DNA of 64,000 bases from Felis catus (GCF_018350175.1 NC_058368.1:152274001-152338000); one strand, 5' to 3'; shown: positions 39,731-53,904, numbered from the stretch's first letter. The notes: generated from the sequence alone by a model not told the origin. Numbers and translations: made by a program.

Positions 39731-40169
39731 TTCTGTGCAAATAAAAAGGTCTGACAAATGTCCTCTACATTCACTGGCTTCCCTTCCCATCTTCTCTCTT
39801 TGCCCATATTACTGTTATTTTACCAATAACCAAGGCTTCTACTATGAGTCATGTGTTTACCTTTTTTATTCTTCAATTCCTGGATCCTATCAATCAACAA
39901 TTATTTTCAAGTCATTCACTACTTGTCCAGCCTATGTATTGGTGCCGTGGGGATTCAAAGAGAGTGTAAGCCAGAAGTTCAAAAATCTGTAATTAACATA
40001 TAGAAAAAAATTAAAGTATTATAAATGGTAAAATAAATTAATTTACTATAACAGAATTTTGAGGAGAGATCTATCAGAGTCAATAAAGAAGTCAAGAAAG
40101 GAAGATTTTAGAAGAATTTAGTACTATTGGGCCTTAAGTTTGGGCTAAAGATCAGGATTGTACACATAC

Positions 40170-42185
40170 AATCCTGTGTTCTTCCGAGTACCTTACTAAA
40201 ATAATATCAATAAAACAGAAAATTATGAACCTATAACAAGTGCTACTTACGGAGGAACAATGACCAAACCACACTGAAGGAATGCCCGGGAAACATTCCA
40301 CCTATGCTACCCAGTTGCTCAGCATAGAATCTGGAGAGGATCCATTGGCAGGAGACAGGTTTAGATGTTAAACAGTAGAGAAATAATAACTGACGTGGAC
40401 AAAACCACATATTAGAGGACTTTCACAAAAGGTTGCAGTTAATAAAGAGGTCAATTAGCCCCCATAAACTCTAGACTCATTTGCCACGTATTACACAAAA
40501 CACTAACAACTTGTCTCTACACCCTGGAAAGAAGAATGAATGAATGTTTTCACCTCTGGAAAAACTGAATGAGCTTAGAGAAAAACCACCACATTCTGAC
40601 GAATAGCACTACTCCAACCATAAGTGTCAACTTCCCCAAACAATAACTTCAAAATAGTCCCTTCTATCCATGAGCTACTTCCAAAAACACAGAATCATCA
40701 TTCGATTTTTTTGAGGTATTTCTTCTAAATATAAACACAATCATGAGACTTACAAAAAATGTTAAGGTGTAAGAAAGAAATAAGAACAGTCCAAATATAT
40801 GACCACAGAGAAAAAAAAATACTGAAAACATTTGTAAACCCCTTAATCATTATGCTGTGTCTGTAACTCATAAATAAGGTGCTATAAAAAAAAAAACAGT
40901 AGTCAGAGAATAACAAAGAACCCTTGAAAATTAAAAATCTTAATGAAATAAAAACTTAAATGATGGGTTAAAAGATAAAATGTAATTAGAATCAAAAGGC
41001 AAAGCAAAACAGGAAAAAAGATGGAAAGTCTGACAAACTATGTAAAAGTTGTGATCTAGAAGTTTCTACGTGTGATAAAAGAGGGAAAGAACATATGGAT
41101 AGAAGGAAATTATCAAAGTATGAAATAAAATTTCCAAAGTTTATGAGATTGGTTCCCATCTTCAAATACCCTACTAAAAGAACAGAAATATTAATAAACA
41201 AATGAAAATGGTCATAAAAGGAGATGTCCTAGCGATATTTAGAAGAGATTCTAAAATTTTCCTGCAAGAAGAAATATCCAATTTTCTAATGGAGGAATAT
41301 AAATTTAGAATGCCACTTCTCAACAACTGAACCCTGGTGGGAGAAAATGGAGTAATGCCATCAAATTTCAATTTGATTTTCAATATTGATTTCTGTAGAA
41401 TTCAGCCAAACTATAAATAAAGTGTCTAAGTATAAAGACACTATCAGACATGCAAGAACTCATACAAGTTTCCTCTCACAAACCCTTTCTTGGGAAGTTA
41501 TTTGGGAATGCGCTCCAGCAAAAGGAAGAAGTAAGATATAAGCTGAAAACGTAAACCCAAAGACATAAGCTGAAAAGGTAAACCCAAAAAACTCAGTTGA
41601 CTCAAACTAGGAAGGTATTGAGGGAAGTTCTAAGATTATTACTTTATGGCAGGTTTGGTGATAACCATCCCACATGGAAAAAAAAAAAAGAGTCCACAAG
41701 GACACCAAGAAAAATATTTTTAAAACTTAAAAAAAAAACCTGATAGGATAAAGGGGTGAAAAAGAAGTCAAAAGTTATTAGAAGGAAACCATGATAAGAA
41801 AAAAAAAAGAATATCTGAAACTTCAGAAAAAACAAACATCAGAAAATGAAATGAAAATAGTGATTTACTTAGATCTGAAGAGGACAACATTCACATAGTC
41901 ATAATAAGGAAAATTGACGATTAAATACAATATTACTATAGAGAGAGTATAAACAGGGGAAATGAAGAGTGTGAGAAGCCTTTATCCTATGTTCAGGGCA
42001 GGAAATAAGCAGTTTCTAAAATTGTTGATCACAAAACACCAACACAGAGAGTTAAATAGCTAAAAGAAAATTCTTTCCTCTGGCAAGTAGTTGAGGGGGT
42101 TAGGGAGCCAGGAAGGGTTTAACTTTCTTTATGAGCCTGTCCATGCTATTTGCTTTTTACCAGGTGTTAAATTTTGTATTTAAAT
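40170..42185 (+). mobile_element. HAL1 / ORF1-only L1-related element nested in L2
   Basis: Degraded ORF1 C-terminal motifs (cttctcaacaac..., cagccaaactat..., cagacatgcaagaactc) lead without ORF2 into a HAL1-like 3' end (agcctgtccatgctatttgcttttt). Minus-strand L2 pieces flank both sides (~39890-40160 and ~42230-42480). Confidence 0.65.
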
Positions 42186-42656
42186 GTGTTTTTGTTTTGG
42201 TTTTTGTTTGTTTTGTTTTGTTTTTTTAAGTTGAGAGCTTAGAAGGACAGGTAGGATTTGGCAGAACTGAGGAGGACACACACATCAAAATCATCAAGGA
42301 GAACTAAACACAGTGTTCACCTTAGGCAGGTGAAAAGCCTTGATCAGAATTGAAGTGTTACTGTAAAACAGAGCTTGAAAGGAAGTGCGTTGGGAGCTTT
42401 CAGACATACCTGAATAACACCTGGATGAAAGCAATGTTTTAGGAAGATCTGATTGGCTCTGGTGTGCAAGATGACAGAGAAGAGGGAAAGATTCAACTTC
42501 CAGTGCACCCCCCCACCCAATCTTATCTGGTCTAATATGTCTGCTAATTCATTTTTCCTCATAATCATAAAGCATAAGCATCACACACTCTTCTCACTTG
42601 TCAACTGGTGCCATAACAAAATCAAATGAGCATGAAGGGCTCTTCATGATCGAGAT

Positions 42657-42704
42657 CAGTGGTTCTTACTACCAGCTTCACGCTAGTATCATCTAGGAAT
42701 ACTT

Positions 42705-42738
<34 letters not shown>

Positions 42739-42922
42739 TCATTTCTGGGCAACATTTCAAACCAGACTTTCTGGTAATGGTTCTCAAAATAAGGTCCCCA
42801 GACTAACATCATCAATGTCACCTGTAACTTGTTAGAAAGTAAATCCTTGGGTCCCACCCCATAATATTGAGTCAGGCCGGACCCTCCAGGTGATTCTGAT
42901 GCTTGCTAACTAAGCACCACTG
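42657..42922. mobile_element. Two adjacent MER5-like elements, the first containing (CA)n
   Basis: cagtggttctt... and tggttctcaaa...caggtgattctgatgc...gcaccactg. Confidence 0.65.
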
Positions 42923-42929
42923 CTGTATG

Positions 42930-43115
42930 GTATACTCATTCTGGTCGAGCATTGGAGTCAGGCAACTACTTAAATGCTGCTGAGCAAATTTCTTAGCTGC
43001 TCTAAGCCTTGAATTCCTCATACAAAAAAAATGGAGATAATAATGTCTACCTAACAAGTTTATGGAAAGGATTAATTTGTATAATAAGGTTAGTTTATAA
43101 GAGCTCAATAAATGA
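42930..43115 (+). mobile_element. MIR SINE
   Basis: ttggagtcaggc...ctctaagccttgaattcctcat...aaaatggagataataatgtctacc. Confidence 0.65.
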
Positions 43116-43351
43116 TTTTAAAATATTAGGGTTTTAAAAAATGATATAAACTATATACTTTTATACTATATACTATAGGAACTATAAACTATACTTTTAT
43201 ATTCTCCATGGTCCAGACAAGCCAATCTACTAACCATTCGTGCACCTGTGTCCACATTGGATTAACTGTCAGTGAAATGGTTCTTCCCACAAGAAACTCA
43301 CAATGTTATGGAGAACCACATATATTTACACACCAATGAAATTTAAACGCT

Positions 43352-43545
43352 GGGATGCCTGGGTGGCTCAGGCGATTAAGCGTCTGACTCTTGGTTTCAG
43401 CTCAGGTTATGATTCAGGTTTGTTAGTTCAAGCCCCACATCAAGCTCTGTTCTGACAGTGCAGAGTCTGTTTGGGATTCTCTTTCTCTGCCCCTCCACTG
43501 TTCATTTCCCCCGCCCCCTCTCAAAATAAATAAAATTTTAAAAAC
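43352..43545 (+). mobile_element. Can-SINE
   Basis: gggatgcctgggtggctcag head and ctcaaaataaataaa tail. Confidence 0.93.
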
Positions 43546-44499
43546 TTAATAAATGCTCAAACTTACATTTAAACAAAATGCTATTAGAATAAAAAGAAAT
43601 TTCAAATTCAGTCTTCCTTAAAATGGCTCAGAGAAAAGCTTAACAGAGAAGGTGGAATGGAAAGATTGGTAGGGTACCAGTAGCTAGAAAGGGAAAGGAA
43701 GAGCAATGCCAACAGTCCCAAGAATGTGTGGCCTGTTGAACCTAATTCCTTTCAGCACATTTAATGCCCTGTAATGCAACCCCTCCTTCTCTTACTATTT
43801 CCTCCTCCAGCAGATCATAAGCTACATTTCACCTCCATGATGAACAGCACAGGTAGTCTTCTGAGAACAAACACAGAGTTCATTACATGGAGTGTCCGGG
43901 GCATGCCTGGACCTTCAGGCGAAAATTTCAGTACTCTGACCCCACAACTTTTCTTCTCTTTGCGTCCTCTCCCCTTTTCATCCAGCTCCTTTTTACTTCC
44001 ACCATCCTGCCCTCACCCACATAAACTCTAGGCCTCTGAGCTCCATTATTTTCTGTACCAAGAATGTTCTTCTCCTCATGTCTCTCAAAAATCACATTTT
44101 ACTTTCGGATAAAAATTCTAATGTTACCTTCTTTTTACCATTTTTAGAAATTCCCCACCAGAAATAGGGTTTTCCTAAGTAATCTCAGAGTATTTCTGTG
44201 TTTATAGTATAGTCTTTAACATGTGCATGCTTTCGTATAGCTACCAGCATACCTCCTACTATACTTATGAAACTTTAAAGAGCAAATATCATATTTTGCT
44301 CATCTTACTATGCTTCTCTATAAGAGTTCCTTACATGTAAGTTTTCAGTTCTTGTTAGTTGAACTGAACTGAATTGACCTCTTACTCAGAAATCTCCAGT
44401 TATACCCATGTGTCTGTGCCATCAAGTCCAACATCAGAATCCTGCCATCTTTTGTGGCTGCCTAATGCCCACTCGATTTTATTTCCTACTTGACCTTAA

Positions 44500-44670
44500 C
44501 ACAAAAGTGTGTACTTGGGCAAGTTAACATCTCTGAATCTCAGTGTTCTGATATGGGGAAAGTTTGTAATACTTTGATCAATTGTTGTGAAGATTAAATG
44601 AAATAAGTTATGTTAAACGGTTAGCAAAACATCTGGAAATAGTAAGCAATCAGTTCATAAATACAGTTAC
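44500..44670 (+). mobile_element. MIR SINE
   Basis: cttgggcaagttaacatctctgaatctcag...ttgttgtgaagattaaatgaaataa. Confidence 0.7.
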
Positions 44671-47079
44671 TTGAGTGAAAATTTCATACCTAACTTCTTT
44701 TAAAGCAACACTGTCTTGAGAAGAAGCATCTACCTTTTAAGCATTTTCTTCAGAAATAAAGATGAGTATCCTTCAGGCTTTATGGCTATATCTAACCAGA
44801 TTATTTCCCCATACTCAAGCTTAACTGCGTTATTATTATGTTAGAATGTTCATTACATAAAATGTTCTAAGTCATTTCAGTGCTTATGGATATATCATTG
44901 CATTATATGCAGTTGCCTACCACTTACAGATTTTAATTTAGTTACTAAATAGTAGGAAATTCTGATTAAGAAATTGCCAGAGGGAAGAAACCAAATTGAA
45001 GGGGAGTGAAGTCCGTATCATGGGCCATTTAGCTGAATTAAACCCAGCTTCCATGGGATGGTACGGAGAATGATTAGAAAGAAAGCCACATCTCTAGTTG
45101 CTACATTGAGTCGATTACCAACCAATCTGCACCTCTACATTTTCACACTCACCACCCATGACTTCAGAACATTTCAATAATGAAACTCTACAGGGAGAAA
45201 AACTTTGAGTGTTTTTCCTTCACCTTGCCTAATCTCACTCAGCTATCTAGCACAGTAGCATTGCCCCCAAATGACACCACTGAGAAACATGGGAAAAGGG
45301 AGCATGAAGGGAAGGAGTGAGAGCAGGAAGGAGGCAGGGGATACAATCACAGATCGCAAACATACGACTATAAAAATCAATGGAAATTCATTATAAAAAA
45401 TACAGGAAAAAGTGTTCAGATTTATTTACTTTGCTCTGAACCCCGCTCTTCAAAATGTTTTATTGTTTTGCTATTTAGAAAGTGCTAAGAGATTTTTACA
45501 ACAGAAGCACTTCTCTGTTTTATTAAAGATTATTTTAAAATGAGCACTGAGCAATTTATAGAAAAATCCATGTTCTCTTCGACTCATGTGGTTCAACCCT
45601 ACCTGTTAAAGGCTCAATAAACTGTTATTGCTTTGTATTATTGAATCGTTGCAAGTATGAAAACAAAACATACCAGCTTCACATTCCCATTCACCCTTCA
45701 CATTTCATCTCCTTCTAGAGCTTTATTCTTTCTTTCCTTCACCAGTGTCTTTGCTTTCACTATGTACACACATTCATATTATTTAAACAGTATTTCCAGA
45801 TCAAAACACAAGTTTTCATCTGAAGTGTATGTGTTTAGCAATTAAAAAAGAAAAAAAGCAGCTTGACAGGATCAGATTTTTACTGTTCAATTTCACATAC
45901 TTGGTATAACTGAGGCAACTTCAGACACAGAAGCAGTGTAATGTACACAAACTGTTTTTTTCCCTCTATCAAAGCATATATACTTAAATGGTCATCTTAT
46001 TGCCTAAAAATAAATTAACAGAATTTTTGAAAAATTTGAAGGGCCTCATCTTCGAATATAGAAATTACAATTTTTTTTCTCTTTTCAGTTTTCAGTTTTT
46101 GTTTAACGAATTCAAGTCAAAAACAGAAGTAGTAGCGTCTGTTGATTCTGCCTAATAATTAGTACAGGCGGCAGGGTTACAAGGTTAACACAAGGAAATC
46201 ATTTGTTTCTGCCTACACATAAGAATATGAAAACACTCTTCAATATAAACATACTTGAGATGCTGAGGTACATTGTGAAGAGTTAAACTCTGGGTCTTGT
46301 GTAAATTCCCTTGTCTGACAAACAAGAACATATTTCAAAGGTTATCTATGCCTGGAAGCTATACTAGGCAGAGAGACTCCCCCCACCCCCTTTTTATGTG
46401 CATTTGGGACCCAGTGGTGATGATAATATGTATTATGAATGAAGTGCAGAAATTAAGAAGAGTGAAGGAGAAAAATGATCTTTTTTCCGGTTAACACAAA
46501 TTGGTTATCACTTGCTCCTCCAAAGGCCAAAATTCTTTAGCTATTGTGAAGTCAATGAAATTATTTTCCAGTCTTATGAATTGCCATAGCAGAATAGAAG
46601 ATCTTCTTCATTTAAAAACTTATTTTGCAGTCAAAACAATCCCACCAAGCCTTCAGTACTTGGTGGCAGTGTTTGGTCGCAGTGTTTTGATCTTTGAGAA
46701 AGAATACACAAATGAGAATTATTTGGGGACCCACTCACCACAAAGTGACCAGTTTTTAAAGTCAGCATTAGTGCTAGCATAGCAACACCTACTGGTATGT
46801 TTATGAAGTAAAGTTGAAACCAACATGGCCATAAATTGGTTCCTCCATCTTAATAAGAAAACTTGCAATCTTTTTACATGTGATGTTGACACATAAAAAT
46901 GACTACTTCCAAATCAAAGAATGGAAAGGAAAACTATAGTTGTTGAAGAAAAATAACTCTATGTTTAGAGTTCCACTAAGATGATTGTTACCCTTCTCTG
47001 TAAACTGAAGTTGCCATTCAGCCTGCTTCTAAAAATTATGTCATGTAGCTCATGTTTGCGACTGATGATCTCCCACCCG

Positions 47080-47166
47080 TCTCCTTCCCCCTCCTCCTCC
47101 CCTTCCTCCTCCTCCTGCTGCCCCCCTGCCTCCTCCTCCTCCTCCTTCCCCACCTCTTTCTTCTTC
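47080..47166. repeat. (CCT)n-rich polypyrimidine tract
   Basis: Read directly. Confidence 0.85.
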
Positions 47167-48423
47167 ATACATTCTTTAAAGGGAGTCTAAATAGTTACAG
47201 GAAGCCATTCAAGAGAGTACTGAATGGATTGAAGTAAGCTGAGAGGAATAACATTTATTTTTACCACAGATATGAAGTCTAGTCACCAAACAATGAATAA
47301 TACAGCATGTAATGTCATAGTGTGCCAGCTCTACCAACTCCTAAACAACATCTTAACTTAAAGAGACATTCCGGAACAATAAGGACCACAGAGAGCTGCA
47401 GAGATTGTATTAAGCACCAAAAGGAAAATACACCCAGATCACCACCAATCCCGACATTCAGTAGTATTTGACCTCACGGATATTTAGAAAACCCATAGCG
47501 CCTGGTAAACTCCTCTGTATTGTAATAATTGCTTGAAAACACCAGCCTGAGAAAAGCAAATAAGAAGCCACATGCTGCTAGTTAACCAAGTTGTAAGCTG
47601 GGACACTGCTTGACTGCCTCTCTGCTTTCTCGAGAAAGGTGACAAAGTTTTCATTCACTGACAAGAGGTCCACGGAAAGAATTCAGGAGGTAGGTAATAC
47701 GAACTCTATACTAATCCATGGAAACTCAAGGCCTACGAAAAATAAAGAAGATCCAACCAAGGCAAGTCTGGTCAGTTTCCAAAACCTTGAAATAAAAACC
47801 CTTTCCCTCCTAGATAAGGTAGTAATTTTTACTTACAGTCTTCAAGGATTATATAAATTGAGTATCTGCTACTCTTAGTCTGCAATTCTACATTTCAGTT
47901 AAGTTGGACTCCATAAAAGTTTTTGTTCTTTAGTTACCAATGCAGATACTTTCATAATCCTTACAGCACATTTTGAAGTATCCCATTTGACTTAAAGCTA
48001 CTGAGATTAATGACCTTTTAGGGAACATTATGGAATTTTGTACTCCCAAAAGAAAGAAATGTGTGCGTTTTTTACAGAGCTGGAATAAGTCTTGATCTTT
48101 ATCACCTGATGCCTGGCTTCCTAGGACCACCTCCTAATTGCTCTCTTTAACACCAGGCTTACCCCTTTCTGAACATTCCTGCCAGATTTATTTGCCTAAA
48201 GTACTTCTTTCACCAAGTCATGTACCTTCTCAGAAACCCTAGTTTCTCATCTCGCCAAAGAGCCTTCAAACTCCATAGCTTAATGTTCTGCTTTCGAGTA
48301 TACATTTCAGCCATGGTATTCACTAGCCCCTTAACACAAACTTTCCTCTCCTGTCAAGCTAACCAGCAAGTTAATCAGCCTCTGTCTCTTAGGCACATGT
48401 TCATTAATATTGCCTCATGTTCT

Positions 48424-48690
48424 GGGGTGCCTGGGTGGCTCAGCTGGTTAAGTGTCTGACTTCAGCTCAGGTCATGATCTTGTAGTCCATGAGTTCGAGC
48501 CCTGCGTTGGGCTCTGTGCTAATAGCTGGGAGCCTGGAGCCTGCTCCAGATTCTGTCTCCTCCTCCTCTCTCTGCCCCTCCCATGCTCATGCTCTGTCTC
48601 TCTCTGTATCTCAATGATAAATAAAAGTTATATATATATATATATTTGTATAAATATATATATATATACATATATGTGTGTGTGTGTATG

Positions 48691-48729
<39 letters not shown>
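48424..48729 (+). mobile_element. Can-SINE with compound microsatellite tail, nested in L2
   Basis: TSD attgcctcatgttct (48409-48423) / attgcctatgttct (48730-48743) brackets the SINE plus (TA)(TG)(TA)(CA) repeats. Confidence 0.95.
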
Positions 48730-48730
<1 letters not shown>

Positions 48731-49408
48731 TTGCCTATGTTCTAAAGTGGTGCTATTTGCTTCCTCCTTGCTCTGTTATTATCACTTCTACCCCCTCACC
48801 CACCCCAGCATCAGTGCTTCCACCATTCCCTCTATCGAAGTCTTCTAGAAACCTCTATATGGACCTCAATAGTTATTCCAGCCCCACATGAAGAATTCCT
48901 CTGATTTCTTTACTAACTTTTTACCATTCCAAACATATACTACCTGGTAACAACTTTTGCTGATTGTGTATGTTTCTTCCTAATGTGGCAACAAACTCCT
49001 CTAGGATGGGGATGGCACCTGACACTTTGTATAGCCTCTGTAACTCCAAACAAAAATTAAGAGGTGAAAAGAAAGACAAAAGTGAAAAGTTTCAAAATCA
49101 CTAGAATTACACTCTGAGAATAGTACAAAATAACATCTAGAATAAAAAAAAATAACTCTCATGTTTAAGTGCTTTCACATGCATTTGCTCGTTAGGTAAA
49201 GTATTAGTATCTCAAAATAGAGCCAAGAAATCCCGGAGATTCTCATAGTTTCTGGTGGAGAAGAAAACAGAAAAGGCAGTGGAATCAGATTGTGGGGTAC
49301 CTATAATACCTTTTCAGTGATTCCGTAATTCTTACTTATTCAAGGAGGATCCATCTCCTGAAATATTGCTATGGTATATTTTCTGTAACTTATAGTCAAA
49401 TCACTTTC

Positions 49409-49457
<49 letters not shown>

Positions 49458-49470
49458 TATAATATATATT
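49409..49470. repeat. (TA)n microsatellite
   Basis: Read directly. Confidence 0.95.
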
Positions 49471-49482
49471 TAACTACATATT

Positions 49483-49898
49483 GTGTTTATTTATTTTCCA
49501 TATAATTTATTGTCAAATTGGCTTCCATAAAACACCCAGTGCTCATCCCAACAAGTGCCCTCCTCAATGCCCATCACCTACTTTCCCCTCTTCCCCACCC
49601 TCATCAACCCTCAGTTTATTTTCTGTATTTAAGAGTCTCTGATGGTTTGCCTCCCTCCCTCTCTTTTGTAACTTTTTTTCCCTCCCCCTCCCCCATGGTC
49701 TTCTGTTAAGTTTCTCAAGATCCACATATGAGTGAAAACATATGGTATCTGCCTTTCTCTGACTGACTTATTTCACTTAGCATAATACCCTCCAGTTCTA
49801 TCCATGTTGCTGCAAATGGCCAGATTTCATTCTTTCTCATTGCCAAGTAGTGTTCCATTGTATATATATAAACCACATCTTCTTTATCCATTCATCAA
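49483..49898 (-). mobile_element. Short 5'-truncated feliform L1 (3' UTR)
   Basis: aatttattgtcaaattgg...cacccagtgctcatcccaacaagtgccc; degenerate TSD ttaactacatatt / ttaactgcatgtt. Confidence 0.93.
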
Positions 49899-50192
49899 TT
49901 AACTGCATGTTTTAAGAGTGGCTACTTTGCAGTTCAGACCTCATTAGTTTTTCCACACTGAATATTCCTTTTACACTTTTTAAAAAAGTTACTTCTTTGG
50001 ACTTTTGTACTTACCTATTAGGAATATATCTTGGGGAAAAAAACTGGGGAATCCTTTTAAAAACTGCTTTAGAGGTTCATGAGATCATAAATGTAAAACT
50101 ATGCTCTGGAACATAAGTTCCTCTACAAGTTCCATTTATTTTTATTATTGCTACACTGATTATGGAAATATTCTTAAAAATCAAATTTTCCT

Positions 50193-50356
50193 AGAATACC
50201 TGGGTGGCTTGTTCAATTACGCATCTGACTCTTGATTTCAGCTCAGATCATGATCTCACTGTTGTTGAGATCGAGCTCTGCATGGGGCTCTATGCTGACA
50301 GTGCTGAGCCTGCTTGGGATTCTCTCTCTTTTTCCCTCTGCTCCTCTCCCCCACTT

Positions 50357-50408
<52 letters not shown>

Positions 50409-50453
50409 CTTGCTCTCACTGTCTCTCTCAAAATAAATAAATAAACATTTTTA
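50193..50453 (+). mobile_element. Can-SINE with expanded (CT)n
   Basis: SINEC head, (CT)n at ~50358-50406, TSD-like aaattttcct on both sides. Confidence 0.93.
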
Positions 50454-51959
50454 AAGTAAATTTTCCTCATAATAAAATGCATTTGGCATCTCAGCAATTA
50501 AACCATCTTATACTGAACCCTCTTTTAAAGCATGTTGAAGGTCCTCTGCATTCCAGTGGTCTGTTTTTCCTACCATGGCATCTCAAATTATTATTATAGG
50601 GAAGGCAAATGTTACGATAAACGGTTTGTGATGAACTTGCCTTTGGATGTTCTTTCACTGCAGTATTTCTTTCCAGTCATCAGTTTTAAGCTAGAATCAC
50701 TCAACATTCTCAAAGTGTAAATGATAATAAGTAATCTTCAGAGCCCTAGAGATCAACAGACAAGCCATCCTCCCACAAATGTTACTAAGTCAGGGGACTC
50801 TTCTAGGTGGGAATTGAAAGCAGGAATGGGTGGTGGAGAAGAGGAGAAACGTGCCATTCATACCATGTAATTTCCATATAAACTACTGCATGAACCAAAG
50901 CAACATGCCTAAAAGCTAAACAAAGACAGTACAAACTTTGTTAAAATCATTGACATTGAGGAAGATAAATAAGCTACTATTGATCTGCATCCTCTTTGCC
51001 CTTTAGATCTCACTTGACACGACACAATGGTATTTCCCTTTGGGACCCCAGTGTCTTGATCTGAAAACATAACCAGTCATTCCTCAGTGAGGGGGAGAGA
51101 TTAGTTTTGTTAACATCTGGTTTTTAGGCTTCTTTATTTTTAAGTTCTTGTTGAAACCTCCTTGATCTGCCTACCAGGGAATTGGAGCACATACCATGTG
51201 CCTGCTGCCTAAATCTCTGTTCTCTTTATTTGTTCTACAGAATATTGATTTAGATTTTGGCCTATTCGCATTACTTTAAACTTTTAAACACTGGCTCTTA
51301 TAGCTAGAGGAAAGACTTTGCTGGAGCTAAAATGATCACCCAAGAGAACTTATTGGGGAAACACATAGACCAAAATTAGCCCTTGGCTCTGAATGTACAG
51401 CTCCCATTGAAACCAGTGGAAGCTGAACTCTTAGGATTTGAAGACACATTTTCCTTTACATTGAATATAAAGGCTTTTTGAACGGGTTGGGCTTATTTGA
51501 GTTTCTGTTAAAGAAGCTGAATTAGCTCTTTGTCATATTATAAAAAGAGAGGCAGCATTGCTTCTCCAATTTGTCTTCTAAGGGTTCTTTTGATATCTAA
51601 CAAAATTGCAAAGACACCCTTTTTTGTTTCTGTACACTGATTGTTTAATATTACAAAGGACCAGGCATTATACCAAGCCCTTTCACTCTTTTATAGTTCC
51701 TACGACATTTTACTATAACATTCTCTAATCCTTTACAACCAAAATAGCAATAAAAACAGAGTGATGTTTAGAATCACGATGGGAGAAGGGGGAAAAGATG
51801 GTAGAAAACTAGCACTGGGATTCTTTAATGATAAAAAAATTTTTAAGTTCTGACTTTACCAACGGACTACTGCCATGAATCCTTCTTACTCTCCAGAAAG
51901 CTCTTTTATTATGCTGTGGATAGTGCCATTGAGGAAGATCAGATTTCCAAATGCCTCAC

Positions 51960-52042
51960 CTTGTAGTCAGTCTTACTGTTAAAATACTCAGGATGAATTC
52001 ACTGGCAGAAACAGACTCTAAGAATCTCTGGCTCTGTGCATT
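51960..52042 (-). other. Candidate exon (83 nt)
   Basis: Minus strand: acttacatctttcag|aatgc...acaag|gtgagg. Confidence 0.2.
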
Positions 52043-52469
52043 CTGAAAGATGTAAGTCGTGTGGCCATGCTGAGCAGAGGAAATCTCTGCACCAGCACCG
52101 GCCCTCCCATAGCAGGTCTCAGCATTTTGGGGGGCCAACACAGCACCATCAGGTTGCTAATTTACTCAAGACAGTTTTGCCCCTTTCCCATCTGACCACA
52201 CACATAAAATGCATGTCCAACACTTAGAGGTGAGCAAGGGCAACAACTGTGCCTCACTTATTTCTGTGTCTCCTGTCCCTAACATAATTCCTAAACAGAA
52301 GCAATTAGCTAAGGTTTCTTGATTTCACATTATGATGAATGAGAGATGCCAGATGATACCAGGTACATTATAGGTTCAGAAAAAACAAACTTTGAAAGAC
52401 CTTGAGATAATTTAATACGGTTCTCTGCTTACAAAGACTACACTTACACCATAAGCACAGTCTAAGTCA

Positions 52470-53470
52470 TGGAGCAATTTGGGGAACACAGAGGAGAAAA
52501 CCTGATCTAGCTTGAGAAGGTGATAGGGTTTCCTGGAAGCCTTGAATTTTGAAAATAATAAGAGGGTGTGTGTATGTGTGTACAAGTACTCCAGGGGTGC
52601 CTGGGTGGCTCAGACAGTTCAGCATCCCAATATTGGTTTCAGCTCAGGTCATGATCTCATGGTTTGTGGGATCAAGCCCCATATCTGGCTCTGCACTGAC
52701 AGCACAGAGCCTGCTTGGGATTCTATCTCTCTCCCTCTCTCTCTGCCCCTCCCTGCTCACACATGCATGCTCTCTTGCTCTCTCTCTCTCAAAATAAACA
52801 AACTGAAAAAAAATAAATACTCCGAGCAAAGACAACATGCAAGCCAGAAGACAGAGCATGAACAATGGCATGAAGATATAAATCTGTAACAAATAAGAGT
52901 CAGGCCATGGACAGGTTGGCAGAGACCAGACCCTCAAGGTTGGCTGACAAGTTAGGGGCTTCAAATTTTCCTGTCAGCAATGAGCAACCACTGAAACAGT
53001 TTAGGCTAGACATGACAGGGTCAAATGCATTTTAGATATACCATTTTGGATGGCTGCTGGAAGACAGAGTTAAGGAGAACAAGGCTTTAGCTTTAGATGA
53101 GATGTTATAGTAATTTGGGTAAAAGAAAATGAAGGCAAAAACAAGGGAAGTGATGGTTAGGCAAGTGTTGGAAAGTCAAGTCAACAAGACTTGGTGAGTA
53201 ATTATATGGGGAAAAAAGGGAACTGGAGTGGTAAAGATGGCAAAGAGGCAAAGATTAATGAGTCAAAGATTTAGGACTTAGGTGACTAGCTGGCTAATGT
53301 CTCCACCAAATGAAAGAGAGAATACTAAAAATAAAAACAAAGAAAAATAGATTTTGTGAGAAGAAACATGGGTAAATGAGGAGAGTGTCATGTCATCCAA
53401 ATGAAGAGAACAAAGTATTTTAAGAAAAAAGAGTATTACAGATAAAGTGTACATTTAGCAAGGAGTCATC
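52470..53470 (-). mobile_element. L2 fragment interrupted by a SINE
   Basis: gcaatgagcaaccactgaa...ggtcaaatgcattttagatataccattttgg...caacaagacttggtga. Confidence 0.7.
52594..52815 (+). mobile_element. Can-SINE
   Basis: ggggtgcctgggtggctcag head; TSD-like aagtactcc / aaatactcc. Confidence 0.95.
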
Positions 53471-53904
53471 CTGGACTGCGATCAGATAAGCAACTTGATC
53501 TTGTCTCTAACTGTCCCTTTAAGTTTGTTCAGTGAGTACAGCAATTCTCCCCCCTCTGGGTAAAAATTCAGAAGTCCTATGACTTTTCTGCTTATTTTCA
53601 GATAATAGAAACTATAACAATCACTGTAAGTCATAAACACATTTTTTTAATTTCTTATTTTGAAATAATCACATATGGACAGGAAGTTGCGGAGAGGCCC
53701 CATTCACCCTTCAGCTAGTTCTCCCTAAGGGTTACATTTTATATAACTATAGTATGGTATCAAAACCAGGAAACTGACATTGGTACAATGTGTGTGTAGT
53801 TGTGCACCATTTTATATTTTAGCACATGTGTAGATTTGAGTAATCACCACTGCAAACACAATGTCAAACTATACTATCATCACAAAGATCCCAAACTGCC
53901 TCTT

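Noticed and set aside
41538..41590. ~27-bp tandem duplication
   Set aside because: Ordinary local slippage within a decayed HAL1 element.
46965..47237. Poly-Glu / poly-Ser ORFs
   Set aside because: Read-through of a (CCT)n low-complexity tract with no clear splice context.
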